Shown here: piece after piece, positions 11,528-27,300 of the stretch
Position numbering within the stretch: position 1 is the stretch's first letter
How the letters are laid out: each line of letters opens with the position of its first letter
Source: Girardia tigrina
Lineage: Eukaryota
Assembly (NCBI GenBank): GCA_001938485.1
Contig: MQRK01251261.1
Location: 1-50,615, forward strand
Length of the DNA: 50,615 nucleotides
Direction: 5' to 3'
Made by a program: the position numbers and the translations under genes
Notes under the pieces: model-generated
What the model was told of the DNA's origin: nothing
Databases searched by the model: none
Seen by the model: the letters and a program-made list of their open reading frames with translations, nothing else

Positions 11528-14500
11528 CTGAAAATAAATATAAATTAAACTAGAAACAACTGAATTATTAAAATAAAATAACACAAGAAATGCGAGATGC
11601 TAATATACTTAATATATTTAATATTACTAAATCAAACATTAAATCAAACGTTCTATGTCAATACACAAAAGGGGGATTGTTTCCAACAGACCGGTCCGAA
11701 AGAAGGACAGAGAAAAGCCTAAGACTCAAATATGAGCCGCCTGGAGGCAAAAGTGTTACACTACCAACATCGAAATTCGTCAAATGCGTTCTTCATTGAT
11801 AAAAATTGAACATATTAGAAGTTTGTTAATTTTCATTTCACTGATCGAGATTTAAATAATTTTAAATTTAAAATAGATATGCAAAATATTAAATCTATAT
11901 ACAATTTAAATATTTAAAATTGAAGTTGAATTTTATTTATTATTTGTTTTAAATATTTAAAAATGTTTTTTAATTACTTAAATAATTAACATTGTTTTAA
12001 TTATAGGCTGTGTCGTAAAAAAAACGGCATTTTTTTAAATACGTGTATTAATATAAACACTATAAATACTCCCCTCCTTTCTCCAGAATAGATCGTAGGT
12101 CCAAACAAATATTTTCAACAGCACCTTTCATCCGCTCTCCATGAAATGTCGGCAAGTGGAGTCAAAGGAATTCCTCCAATTTTTACGATAAATTCTTCAA
12201 TTCTTACGACTATACGATGATTCAGAGAAAACGCCGTTTTTTACGACATAGCCTATATTTAAACTTAACCCCTTACCGCACAGTGGATCACATATGATCC
12301 AAAATAATTTTTTATAATGTTATTACTATAAGTTCAAAGCTTGCCATGTATGAATCAAACTGTTTGTTTGGATATTCTATATGAAAAAATCATTTTTTTT
12401 CAAAATAAAAAATACATATATCTTTATTTCTATTTTCCTATTGTAAACTGCATTTACTTAAATTAAAAATATTATTTTTAATTATTAAAAAAATATTTTA
12501 AAACAACTATTGTTGTTTTAATATTCAGAATTATCAAATAATAAACTTTCAAAAATCCTGTTTTATTGTTCTTTTAATAATCGATGGATGAAATTTACAA
12601 TGGTATCAGAACTGGTTCGCTCGATTGCAACCAAAGTACCTACAAAACTGCCGCAATACTTCGATGCGGCGGACATGTGGTTTCGACAAGTCGAGACCGT
12701 TTTCAAATTGTCCAAGATCTCCAGTGAAACGACGAAATTCCTTCACGTCACTGCCAGTCTTCCACAATCCATTCTCATGGAGTTTCAAGTATACTTCAAT
12801 ACCGAATCGGCAACACCGTATACGGATCTCCTTCAAGCAATAATCCGGAGTCGCAGACAACCATCATCAGATCACATTGATGAGCTTTTCTCCGCTAACG
12901 GCATGGGCGACCGACGTCCGTCGGAGCACCTATGGATTCTACAGCGTCATCGTGCTCAACTTGGACCGATTTCCGAAGACGATCAAATTCTACGGAACGC
13001 CTTCCTGCGGCCACTTCCGATTGACATCAGGAAACACCTCATCGCAAAGGGAACCAAAACTTATCACACCTAGCCTCTCTCGCGGATGATCTACTCCGGG
13101 TTAAACAACCCAACTTTATAAATGTCGCGGAAACAAATCCTTTCCTAGCCCAAATTTTAGAAAGTCACGGATGAAATAAATCAGCTCAAAAGGAGAATAG
13201 CCAAAAGCGAAAACCAAGACCAGACAGTCATGTGCTATTATCACCGTAAATTTGGTCACAAAGCACAGAAATGTCTCAAACCATGCAACTGGAACGAACA
13301 CAAATCTTCGGGAAAAGTCAAAGGTTCGACGTGAAACAGGTAGTGTCGAACCACACAAAACCACCGGATCAGGTATCCTTAATTTTTACTGTTCCAGCCA
13401 CCACAAACAACAAGGTACTTCACTTTCTCGTCGACACGGGTACCGACATAAGCATCCTACCCTACAGCCTATTCCAACCCAGCGGCGGATCGGAAACTCA
13501 GAAGCTCCTGACGCCAAATTGGCAGGATATCCCTACCTACGGGAGACATACGATCGAATTCCAGTTCACAGGAATACAAAAAAATTCAAGTGGAGCTTTA
13601 TACTGGCCGACGTCCAGAGACCGATTTTAGGATCAGACTTCCTTGCTCACGAGGACATCACTGTAAACTGCAAAAGAAATCAAATCTCAACAAGAAACCA
13701 AACTATCTCGGGATCAACGAAGACATGCCACAGGGTTACGCTCTCAGCAACCGAGGTCACACTGGCATTGCGAATAGAAACAAACGGTCCTGCAATCGCC
13801 CAGAAACCAAGGAGAATTGGGAATCACATTCTCAGCACAATCCGCGAGGAATTCGATCGCCTATTAGCAGAAGGCACAAATAGAAGAAGCACGAGCTCCT
13901 GGTATGAGAATGAGTTCGGTTATTTTAATAGGATCTCGGTATCTCAATTCTCCTGGAAGATTAGATAAGGGTTTCTCGTCCATCAGATGACCATAATTAT
14001 ACATTAAATCGATGTGTTTCATTTCAATTCTCGTTTCACTAGGACCGTCGAGTCTTCAGTAATAAAAAGAGTAATTACTTTTACCAAATTTTTACGAACA
14101 CCTTCATTAGTTTCAAATTAACACACTTTATTCAATAAATCACAACGTTAATAACGTAAATCGGATAATAAATCGATTATTTGAATTTTGTTTTCTTTTT
14201 AAAGCTTTGATTGATTTAAACAAAGAGACCAATTTTCTTGCTGGCAAAAGAGTTGATGATTTTGTCGAAATCAATTTTCTTCACTAGCTCTTGTTCGATG
14301 GACGAAATTGCCAGATTAGTGAGCCGTAAATTAGTCATCGTTGATCTCAAATAGTTTTTTTATCAATTTAAGCTTCGAAAAACTAACCTACATGTTGCCA
14401 CACTCATCCCATTTCTCAGGAAGATGCGAATCAAGATTACGATGTTCGGAACTGAATCATCCAGTCGATACTTTCTGATGAAACTCAGCTGCTCGACAGG

Positions 14501-15333
14501 TTATTTGCTTCGAAAGTTCAGAGGCTTATTGCGAAACTTCGACAAACCGTTGAAGCCTCTTTCGTTCTAGATAAAATTCTTCTTTATCAATGTAGTCGGG
14601 AGCCCTATTAAGATTGACGTGGATTTCAGGGTCAAACAGTTGGAAAGGTTATAAAAAAACTCGTATTTATCTGCCAGATCATAAAGCTGCTCGAATCTAT
14701 GGGTTAGTGTCTGAACAATGTGGTCCTAGGAAGAATAAATTTTCCATCGTGGTTCGTTCATATGCGTTAATCCGGTATCTTCATATATTTCACCTATAGG
14801 AATCAGATTTTGATACCCAGGCATCACATTTTTGTAACATTTTGCTGCCCCTTGCCAAAAATGCGTACCAGATGCCCGCACCTGCCGCACCACCCCAGCT
14901 ACGCTACTGGTAGTTCCATTAAGTTTTATTGTCATTGTTTTATAAGATAAATTATTAGATTCCTATATTATCTGCTATGATAGATTTTAGTTGTCTTGTT
15001 CTAATGAAACATTCTTTATACAAAGAGAAAACGAGCTTGCTGTGACGAAACCCTTTTTCTTTTTACTCCACCAACTAGAGCAGCGGTTCACAACCTGGGG
15101 TAAGCGTACCCAAAAAAAGTATTATGGCGGAAAATGCAATTCAAATCTAGCCTAAAAACTCTAAAGAATCTTTAAACACATTGCAAATGATTATTTTCGT
15201 ATATTAAAATAATTAAATAATAGGAAATAGTACCGTATTCTGATTTTTTAAACACATTTCTAAGGGCAAAATACTCGTCTTGGAAGTAAATACATTTCTA
15301 TATCTGAAATTAATAAATGATTTCTTATTTGTT

Positions 15334-15386
<53 letters not shown>

Positions 15387-18300
15387 TCAGGTGCAAAAGT
15401 TTGTGAACGCTTGTTTCTATACTGCTTTTTTGTTGTTGCACTGCATGTTTGTGTATTCTTTGTTAAGTATACATAAACCATTTAAATGATTAAATGCATA
15501 TTTTATTTTTATTACTTTTCAAGTTATAAATTTTCATTATTTATTTTAGAATCATGCCTGTCCGCGACAAGGAACTAACAACAAAATAGAGTGCAGCAGT
15601 TTTGGCATTGCAGAAGCATGGTGTTTCTTATCGACAAATAGCTATAACTCTTAATGTTTCTCTTGGATTTGTGTGTCAGACTGTTCAGAGAAAAAGGGAG
15701 ACTGGTTCCTTATGTTCAAGATCTCGATCTGGCCGTGCTTTTGTTAGTATAATTGCAGTTGGGTGCAAAAGACAATTTAATAACAAGCGTTCACAAACTT
15801 TTGCACCTGACTGTATATATATATAAATGTGTGTGTTAGGGGTACCCACTAAGTAAACAATCAGGTAGAGGGTTACTCGAATGAAAAAAGGTTGGGAACC
15901 GCTGAACTAGAGTAAGGGTGTTATAAAATAAAATAATTTTAATTTTCAAATTTCCTATTTTATAAAAAACATGAGTTTAATGTTTATCAAATTTTTAATT
16001 TTTCAAATGACTTAAATTATTTTTTGACAAAATCAAATATATTAAATTCTTTTAAATTTATTTTACCAACCTGCTGAGTCAGAGTTTACCAACAAAGTTT
16101 CTACCCGTATTTCAGTTAGTCCAGAGAACAAGGTAGCATTGACTTTGACAATTTCAACAACATTTTCAGCGATTTGATCACTCAAGTAATGGGCAAAAGG
16201 TCTAAGGGTTTGAGTACTTTTAAGGGGGTACATTTTGTCCGACAAAGCATAAATTGCGACCTGTTTGTATAAATCAGTTTTAATTGACATCAATTTGTAA
16301 TTAAATAACAAACAACCATACATATTTGATAAAAATATAATTTTATTATAGTTATAGTTTTATAAAAATTCTTTTCTTCAAGAAAATATATTTTCATTAA
16401 AAATAAATTTTTTAAAATATTAGGTTGTTCGATATGAAATGGGTCAAAATTAAAGTAAAAGGTAAATCGATTTTTTTTAAATAATAACATTTTATTTTTA
16501 ATCAAAATATCCCCCCATGTTGTCAACACACTGTTGCCATTTCAATGGTAACACATTTAACCCTTTAGTATAAAACACTGNNNNNNNNNNNNNNNNNNNN
16601 NNNNNNNNNNNNNNNNNNNNNNNNNNNNNNNNNNNNNNNNNNNNNNNNNNNNNNNNNNNNNNNNNNNNNNNNNNNNNNNNNNNNNNNNNNNNNNNNNNNN
16701 NNNNNNNNNNNNNNNNNNNNNNNNNNNNNNNNNNNNNNNNNNNNNNNNNNNNNNNNNNNNNNNNNNNNNNNNNNNNNNNNNNNNNNNNNNNNNNNNNNNN
16801 NNNNNNNNNNNNNNNNNNNNNNNNNNNNNNNNNNNNNNNNNNNNNNNNNNNNNNNNNNNNNNNNNNNNNNNNNNNNNNNNNNNNNNNNNNNNNNNNNNNN
16901 NNNNNNNNNNNNNNNNNNNNNNNNNNNNNNNNNNNNNNNNNNNNNNNNNNNNNNNNNNNNNNNNNNNNNNNNNNNNNNNNNNNNNNNNNNNNNNNNNNNN
17001 NNNNNNNNNNNNNNNNNNNNNNNNNNNNNNNNNNNNNNNNNNNNNNNNNNNNNNNNNNNNNNNNNNNNNNNNNNNNNNNNNNNNNNNNNNNNNNNNNNNN
17101 NNNNNNNNNNNNNNNNNNNNNNNNNNNNNNNNNNNNNNNNNNNNNNNNNNNNNNNNNNNNNNNNNNNNNNNNNNNNNNNNNNNNNNNNNNNNNNNNNNNN
17201 NNNNNNNNNNNNNNNNNNNNNNNNNNNNNNNNNNNNNNNNNNNNNNNNNNNNNNNNNNNNNNNNNNNNNNNNNNNNNNNNNNNNNNNNNNNNNNNNNNNN
17301 NNNNNNNNNNNNNNNNNNNNNNNNNNNNNNNNNNNNNNNNNNNNNNNNNNNNNNNNNNNNNNNNNNNNNNNNNNNNNNNNNNNNNNNNNNNNNNNNNNNN
17401 NNNNNNNNNNNNNNNNNNNNNNNNNNNNNNNNNNNNNNNNNNNNNNNNNNNNNNNNNNNNNNNNNNNNNNNNNNNNNNNNNNNNNNNNNNNNNNNNNNNN
17501 NNNNNNNNNNNNNNNNNNNNNNNNNNNNNNNNNNNNNNNNNNTCTGTCAAGAAATACCTTATTTATTTTCATACGATAGTTCAAAGTTAAGTTATACGCG
17601 ATTGAAATGTAAGGTGTGAAGTTTGACCCGTTTCATATCGAACAACCTAATAATTAAAATTTAAACTAAATATCTAAAAATCATGTCCTAAATTAACCTT
17701 TAGTTTACTAGGGTGCTTTGAAAATTTAGAGAAATGAACTCAAAGTGGTCGCATTAGGTTAAATAAAATATGCTCAATATTTGATATGAACTGTCATATG
17801 TAAAAATGTCAAATTTGACATTATCATGTCCAAAGTAAAACCTTCTAACCACTTTAAATGAATAAAACTGAAATTCTCAATCTTATCAAATCAGTTTTGA
17901 AAAAACTTGGAAGGAGAAAGAAATTCATAATTATAAGAAGATTTCCATCATACATTGGTGACGGAATTTAAACATGGTTATGAGAGCAAGAAGAAAACCT
18001 TCACTAGGAACTAACAAAACTTCCTCAAAACCTAAAATCGCCGAAAAGACAACGATAAGGGTACACAGCATCATCAATTAAATGTCTCCCCGAAATCGTA
18101 ATGGGTATAGATATCTCTAATGAAAGAAAATTTCCATTCCTAACTGTCGAAATAGGAATAAAAAAGATTCGCAAGGATTTATTAAAATGCATATTGTCAT
18201 TGGATCAAAACTTTCGAACAAAAACGCCTAGATCATTCCAACTCAAATAAAACCAATTTTGTTTAAAGATTTGTTAGAATATATGAAACTTGGGTTCTCT

Positions 18301-21300
18301 TTTATACCCATGATACCAAGAAGCAATATTAAGAGCGGTGATTTCTGGATTCTCCACTGACCAATAAGACAATGTCTGTGAAATCAACTGGAAAGGGTTT
18401 GGCGTCAATATTTTAGGATGTTAATGGAATATTAATTATTGACTATTTTACCAAAGACCAAACAATAGATAGTGTATGTTACGCCACGTCTTTAGATGAG
18501 GAGGATAAAAAAATCATGAAATAAGACCTGGATAACGTAAAAAAGGTAATCTACATATCTATGCAAATGTGGTAATCGCAATGAATAAATTTATTACTGT
18601 GAGGAATATTTTTGAATGGTGCTTATTGTGTGTTATTTGGTCTGTTGTTTTAGGATTAAGTTTCTCCAACCCAGATAGAAGATTGATATCTTAAATATTT
18701 TAAAACGTCGAGTTGTTTAATCAATTATTAAAAGTTAAATAATCACTTTAAAATTAAACTAATATTTCATAAATAATATTTGAATGAATTTTTTAGAGTA
18801 ATGTAAGCTCAGTGTACAACTTGGTATTAAAGACTTTTTAATCTTAGAATTCTTCTCAATTTTACCCACCATTTTTTCGTCCATGGGTAAATTAATTTAC
18901 AATTTCCTTCCTCCTCAACTATAAATATAACATTTGGATGAATTGAATACATGTAATTTAGAAACGGAAAACATGTTCATGAGATTTAAAGACAAGAAGA
19001 ACATCATCAGCATATCTTTAATATAACATCGGGTTATTTCCTGCATTCAACTCTATTTTACTGTCAACGGTAGAAAGAAAATTGAAAATGTTAGTGCTAA
19101 TTGTGAGCTCATTGCGACCTCCTTTGTTCGTCTATACCATGTACCATTAAACAAAAGTGTACATCTAATGTAGGAAATCATTCAGACTCTTATGTTCTAA
19201 GTGATTAGTTCGCCAAAGATCACAACACAATTCACTAGTTTCTTGTAACGCAACATTGGTAAACAGACTTGATACGACGACAGAACCAATAAATCCATCA
19301 TTTAATTGAATTTGAATTTAGTTATGGAATTTACAAAATCAAAACTATTGTGACAAGTGAAATTCTCTGGAATAAGAAGTTCCGATTTCATATCTAAATA
19401 TTTTGCCATATTATACTGTGAAGTGCGAATCATAGAAAGAGCCTGACGCATCAAAATTCCATCTTGATGAACTTTCGTAGGTCGATATAATTTGATTGAT
19501 TATGGAAGAGAAACACGCAGAGCATCATAAACATTTTTTCGCATTATGGTAATCTCTAACGGGTTCTTATTAACAGTGAAGAGAGAGACTTATCCTCTTT
19601 TACAGGAGGTAATTACCAATTCTTTTCAATATTTCACAATTTTAAAAAATTGAGAACAATTTAAAAATTTATTCACTTAACTAAATTAAATTTTTTTTAT
19701 TTAAAAATTATTTTATTTGAATTTATTGAAATTTTAATTTCTAACAATAATGTCCCTAAAATATCTGCTTCTATGTCAGAAATGTTTCATGTTACGTAAA
19801 GCAAATATTGTTACTGTACACTAAAGCTAATCCAGATCAATATTCTCCAGGAAAATCTGCCGGATTAACAGGAATAAGGATTAGACGCAAGGATCACAGA
19901 TTGTAAATGCCACGTTACATTCGTTCTTGTTAGCAAAAATTTCTATTATCGAATTGAAAAGCTAAGAAAAAGAAATTTGTATAATTGATAATTTATTTAG
20001 ATATCCTCAACCGTCATCTTCGGATGTAATTCAAAAGGAGAAGAAAATTTTTTAACCAGAAGAGCTAATGACTACAAAGAATGTAGAAACAGAATATCCT
20101 TTAAATGCTCCTATGAAAGTCGGGAATAAAAAATATACCATAAAGGATTGTATCACAGGGTTAAGAAAAGTTATTATTTGGTGAACTATGTTAGAAAAAT
20201 AGGATAAAAAAATAAAAATAAATAAGATAATAATGTTATAATTTAATGATAATATTAAATAACGAACTATACGTAACTAATTACAGAGTTTTCAAGGGTA
20301 TTTCACAATGAATGTCGAAAAATCCAGGATAACAAAAGAACAAAATAAAGAAGAATAGACAAAATTTGGGTTTTTTTTAAAACTCGGATGCAGATTTAGG
20401 CTGGGATGGACGAATTGAGTTATTTATTTTGTTCGATACTAAAAATTGTACGCTCATGTATTGGGAGCTTTGTGATATTTTTCGTAATTGTCGAAGAGAT
20501 AAGCTATAAGAACTCAGCTCTTGATTGAGTTAATTCATGAATGGACATATTAAGAGAATTTTGCGTGCTACTGGTTTTTGATAACCAAAAGCAATTCTGG
20601 TATTGATTAATTTAAAAATTTTCTATAATTTTTAATAATCAATATCTCTTAATATATATACATATATATATATAAGATATATATATATATATATATATAT
20701 ATNNNNNNNNNNNNNNNNNNNNNNNNNNNNNNNNNNNNNNNNNNNNNNNNNNNNNNNNNNNNNNNNNNNNNNNNNNNNNNNNNNNNNNNNNNNNNNNNNN
20801 NNNNNNNNNNNNNNTATATATATATATATATAGGGTTGTCAACTAAGGTTTTTTCCGAAAATAACAAAAACTATCACATAAAATGTCCAATCATTCATCA
20901 TCATCAGCCAAGTGTTCAACATAGCAACCATTATTGTCAATGCAACTTTGCCAACGTCCTGGCAACTTATTGATACCATTCTCGAAGAAGGATCCGGCCT
21001 TGGTGTTCAACCAATCCTGAAGTTTCTCCTGAACCTCCTCAGAAGATGCATAGTTCTGACCTCTCAAAGCTCTTTTCATTGGTGAAAATAGATAGTAGTC
21101 TGAAGGAGCCAGATGCGGCGAATAGGGGGGATGTGGTAGGATGTTTAGATGCATTTCGGCAATATTGGCCTGGGTGAGATGTGCCGTATGTGGACATGCG
21201 TTGTCCTGAAGAAGGTACAGAAAACCGCCCGTGGTTTTCCATCGTCGTTTCACCAGAATAGCTGTCTTCAGCTTTTCGAGCAAACTGCAGTAGTATGTTG

Positions 21301-24300
21301 CCGTCATGATTTTTCCATTTTCTAACACATCCATCAAGATCACACCTTTCGAATCCCAGAAGACGCTAGCCAGATGCTTCCTCGTAGTTAACCTCACTTC
21401 GGAATCTGTAGCAGGATCATCGCGACTTCCACGCAAAGATTTGGGAGTGTATGAGGAGGTATTCTCCCAGAATACCCACATCTCATCCACAGTCACTATA
21501 CGGTGCAGGAAATTGTTGCTGCGGTACATAACAAGCAGTTTTTCACACACAGACATTCTCTTTTCCTTAGCAGTTTCTGTTAAAACATGTGGAACTCACA
21601 CGTTGGCGAGGTAACGTTTGTTCATTTTCATGAGATTCTGACGCACTGCTTCGTTGGTAATTCCGTTTTCTTGGCCAATGAATCTCGTTGTGGCAAATTT
21701 GTTTTCCTCCAGAATTCGTTCTATATCTGCAGCCACCTCATAAGAAGGTCGCCCACTGCGAACTTTTTCATTTACCTCGAAGTATTTATATATATTGCTC
21801 TGGGCTAACCATCTGGAAGCGGTAGCTTGGAGAATTGCTCCGCGTGGAGTACTGGTCCAGAGTAAAGAAATGATGTCCTGAGGTATCACAAGGTTTTTGA
21901 GACATCTTTTGACATAGTCAATTTATTTATAATGGTTTAATGAAAGAGACCGTGTATCTCTATCAATTTTTATAAAATTTAAATAAGCTATTTGGTATTT
22001 CCATTCAGACTTAATTACCAATATTAGTTCAAATAACACTCTCTTTCAATAACTATCAAAACGTTTTCACAATATCTTGTAATTATCAATTATGAAATCA
22101 CATTTCATATATTCAACAATATTACTCTTATTCTCTTTTCGTTATTATTCTTCAATTTTTTGACAGACTAAACCATGGAAAAAACTCCTGAAGCTTTTAC
22201 AGCAAAGTACTCTGATTCCTTAGCGTAAATCCTTTAAAGGAAGATATTGATTTACAAATACCTTCTAACGAGACTTGAAATCTCTCATAGAATCAAAAAG
22301 AAATCAACATTTTAATTATAAAAATGTCCTTTTCCAATATATTATACAAGTTTACCCAAAGTCAGACAACATTTTTATCGAGATCCTTGTCTGAGAATAA
22401 GCTGAAATCCAAAAGACAATGTATATAATAATACATTCATTATGAACGTTACTGGACGCTTTAATTAAGTCTTTATCATTTATGTTCAAATAGCTGACAG
22501 TCACATACAATTACTATTTCTAAGCTAAACATAATGTTCGACAAAATAGAGAAAAATTCTTCAACTACTATTGGAGCGCGTACATCAATTGGTGTTTTCC
22601 CGAAGCTGCTAAAATATGGCTGGTGTAGTATTGCGGTAAATCTATCACGGTTTTTAAGGTTTCCAGCAGGGTGTAACCTAAGAAAATGTGGGTGTACAAT
22701 ATAACATTTATTTTTCTCAAAAATGTTTACATCAAAAATGCACACTGCCTTTAAAGAGTTAAGAACAAAATAATGTCTTATAATTATTAAATAAGTATGC
22801 AATTATAAATACAAGTGTGGGAGCTTGTATGTGCGAGAGGGAGAGAGAGTGGTTGGAATAGCAGTGTGTATATTTTTTAATGAACCAATGCTTTACCTAT
22901 AAATAGCCAAATTTTTGGGTGTACATCTACAAAAGCTGAGTGTACATTTTACACCAAAAATGGCCTTAAAAACCCTGAATCTATGTGTTAAGCCAAACCA
23001 AAATTCAGTAGTATAAAAGATTAAAATCCGGTATCTCAGTGGAGAAAACATGTTCACAACATTTGAAAATAATTCCGTCTTCACACGTTCAGCTAAGCTA
23101 CGAGTTTGCTCAAATCTATCGATGAACCTTGCAGTCATTGTTATTGAAAATAAGTCTCACTAATCCATGCTACTTGTTAAACTTTTATTTCGCAATTGGG
23201 TTTTGCTTCGATGAATAATAAGATTGAAAATTTAAATTAGAATTACTTGGTGCATTTCGACAGCATCAGCAAAAAGTTGTATATCCAGTCAATTATCCTG
23301 ATATACTACCAATACAATGATGAAATATTTAATCATTTTCATAGGATTTGGTGGTAAAATATGTTCAACATATTTTCAGAGTTTGGTCCTAAAACAAATG
23401 TTGTATGAATTTAGGGATACCTTATAAAAGCATTTTGACAGTTATTAGAATAGACAGTTATTTTGTATCGTTATTATTTTGTATTGTTACCTGTGATGAG
23501 AAATGGATCCTGTATGATAACCGACGTCGATCTGCACAGTGGTTGGACAAAGATGAAGTACCGAAACACTTTCCAAAACTGAAACTAACACCCCGTAAGG
23601 TTATGGTGACAGTTTGGTGGTGTGATGCTGGAATCATCCACTATAGTTCTTGAATCCAGGTGAAACAATCACAGCGGAGAGGTACTGTCATGAAATTGAT
23701 GAAATGCATAAAAAATTGAAAACCCTTTGTCCGGGATTGGTCAATCGAAAAAGTCACATCCTTCTTCATGATAACGCTAGACCTCATATTTCAAAAGTGA
23801 CTCTTCAAAGCTTAATAAGTATGGCTATGAAACCCTGCTTCATCCACCACATTCACCAGACCTCTCGCCAACGGACTTCTACTTTTTCAGGCATTTGTAC
23901 AACTTCCTACGTGAAAAAATTTTCAAAAACCAAAAGGATGCTCAAAATGCCTTCCAAGAATTCGTCGCTTCGAGAACCGATGCATTTTATGCTGGTGGAA
24001 TAAAACAACTTGTTTCTCGTTGGCAAAAATGTATTGATGCCAACGGTTCATACTTTGATTAATAAACTTTTGTTTCTGTGAATTTGCACGTCTTTGAAGT
24101 TTGTGTCCCAAAACCGCCATTATTTTTCGACCAACCTAATATAGAGTGGTCATAAAAAAACCGCCAAATTTAAAAAAATTTAACTATTTTTATTCGGTAA
24201 CATTTATATCACATTTTCCATAAATGTAAATTTATTACTTTATTATAATTTATTAGGTTGGAAACTATGAAACGGGCGTTTTTTGTTTAATCTGTGTTCA

Positions 24301-27300
24301 TCTGCGATATTTCAATATTTCAATAATTCAATATTTTTATTTACAAAGTTTAAAGGTATTCTCCTTACTCATTTTGTAAAGTTTTTTTTGTGTTGGTATC
24401 CCATTTTTATTTTATTTTTATCCTAAACCAGATGGAAACGAAACGCGATTTGCATCTACTCTTTTTGTACGAGTTTAAATTAAATCGTACTGTAGCTCAA
24501 GCTTCAAGAAATATTAATCAGACATTTGGAGATGGATCAACCAATGAAAAAATGCTCGATATTGGTTCCAAAAATTTCGTTCTGGGAATTTGAGTATCGT
24601 TAATGAGCCTCGAGGTAGACCACCGACACATATTGATTATGAAGAATTAAGGACAACTGTGGAATCCGATCCACACATAACTATTCGAAAACTTGGGTCC
24701 AAACTGAGAACTAGTCATACAGCTGTGTTAAAACATTTGCGTGCAATAAATAAAGTAAAAAATGGATTCATATTTGCAACACGAATTGACGGAACTGCAG
24801 ATGATCGACCGCAAAAGCAAGTGCGTATCTTTATTATTTCGCAATACTCGGTTGCCATTTTTACACCAAATCATCACTTGTGATGAAAAGTGGATTTTGT
24901 ATGACAATCGAAAACGATCAAGCCAATGGGTAAATAAGAATACACCACCAGGACACACCTCGAAACCGATATTTCATCAAGAAAAATTATGCTCACCATA
25001 TGGTGGAATGCCCAAGGAGTGATCCATTATTTCTTTCTACAACCAGGATAAACTATAACAGCGATATCTTATTGTCGTGAAATTGATGTCATGCATGAGA
25101 AACTTTAAAGAAACAACCAGCATTGCTCCAACGGCAAGGCCTCATTTTATTGCACGATAACGCAAGAAACCATAAAGCTTCGATTACTGTTGACAAATTA
25201 AATTCTTTACAATATGAAATTTTACTGCATCCTCCATATTCACCTGATATTTCACCGACCGATTACTACCTTTTTCGCAATTATGAATTATTTTTAAGAG
25301 AAAAAAATACAATAACCAAAATAATTGTATTTATAAATATTGGTATCCCAATATTATAAAAGACTTTGAATTGTTTATTAACTCAAAAATAAGGATTTTT
25401 TTCAAAAAGGCATATATGATTTGCCCAATCGTTGGCAAAAAGTCGTAGATTCCAATGTGAATTATTTTAATCGAATAAAATAAATAATGGGAAAATTAGC
25501 GCTTTTCGTTTTTTATTTTCATTCAACGCCCGTTTCATAGTTTCCAACCTAATATTAATACATATGTTCAAAATGACTTCCTTTTTCTTCATGATACTAT
25601 CTTAACATTCTACTTTAAGCTTATGTTGACGCCTGAATTGTAAGTGGTATAATGTTATTCAATGTTCCTAGAACGATGAATTTCAGTTCATTAATTGTGT
25701 TTATGTGGTGATAATATTCCTTTGTCTCTGACTGTAAAAAAACTAAAGATTCAATAATCCAGCACATTAACATCTGAACTGTCGAGTACCTATTTATTAT
25801 TTCACTAAATTCACGACATGTGTCATTCTTAACAAAACTTCACCAGGGGCTAAAATATTCATAAACAGTATATCACACGTGTAAAGTCTGGTACACAATA
25901 AAATCGATTTCTTTATTTCAACTTCCAGGTTTTCTAATGATTGAACTATTTTTTAAAATAAATTGCACAATTTTGCTAGCGAACCACACTCCCTAAACGA
26001 TTAACTTTTTAGGGTGCTTAATTTTTAATTCACCTTATATTTAAAGGTTTTTCCTTCTCAATGCTACAAGGTCCTTTACAATGATCAGTTTCAAAAGACA
26101 GTTGACCAGAATTTTTTCGATGGCGACTTTAATTTCTCATATCTTAATATTCCTGTTTTCCAGCTACATTTTCAATTATTTTTTTTTGTAAAATGGAGAG
26201 TTTTGATTGATGTTGATGGACATGATATAAAATAAATTGGTAACTTCTGCTAGCAAGTCTCTTTAATTTTAAAAAGAAGATTTTGATTAGGTAGAGTAAC
26301 ATATATAAATCATAGTTCAAATTTAATAACATCATTGATGATAGGGTTTTGGTCTCGGTAAAGTTCCGTCTTTTTGCTGTCATATGAAACGCCTATAATA
26401 TGAATCTATTAAAAGTTTGTCAATTAAAAGCCTTAAAATTTCTAATTTTAGAATGTTGGGAGCGTTCATAAAATATAAAATTTTTGAATCTTATCAAATT
26501 ATTAAATAAACAATAATTACATTCCGTAAAATATTGTTATAAATATGTTAAAATAAGATTTTCAGAATTTTAATGTAATTTTCTATTTAATGTAAAAAAT
26601 TAATTTAAGTAAGAAATAAAATAAATTTTACGGTAGGGTTATTAAAAGATTTATATAAATATTTATTATAAACTAAAAAAAGTTAATTTCAAATTTGATG
26701 AAAATATTTAATTGAAATAAAATAAAAAGTTTGATATTTATTTGCGAAATAAAAGTAAACTAAACTATTTTCGTAACTTTTAAAACAAAGTAGATTAAAA
26801 ATGTAATTATAATTTTGTTTTGGAAATGGTAATTGGAATTAAAAAAAATAATAATCGTAAAACAAATAAATCGATGTAATGAAAAATGCGATTTTAATTT
26901 TATTTTGGAAAATGTAATTGAGAAACAGGTAAATTTAAATGTACCATAAAATTGAAAAATTAATAAAAGACGCAACAAAATCTTTGTGACAAAATTTTAA
27001 TTCACTAAATTTTTTTATAAAAAAATATAGAATTTTAATTTGTAAAAAAATGTACTAACCATATTTTTATTTATATCTATTTTTATTTATATTGGTTGTG
27101 TAAAAAGAAAGTGCAAAAGTTCCTCAAAAAAAATATTTGTTTAAAAAATTCAATTTGTTATAGAAATAAATTTTTGTGTTCATGATAATGTCTTTTGAGC
27201 AAGAACCCAATAGAGAATATTGAAAAATTGTATATTATTTGAAAGATTTTAACAAAATGAAAACAATGAGTATGTGATCTTTTTTATTTAGGTTATATTT

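Noticed and set aside
16498-17584. Long ORF-track entries made of X (also 20639-20867, 36441-37586, 42112-42649)
   Set aside because: Artefacts of N gaps and (TA)n tracts; only the flanking mariner and PLE residues are informative.
19740-20640. Moderate-complexity decayed coding-like sequence (also 1860-2400, 6660-6990, 46880-47400)
   Set aside because: Multiple stops in the frames I read and no family motif I can name.
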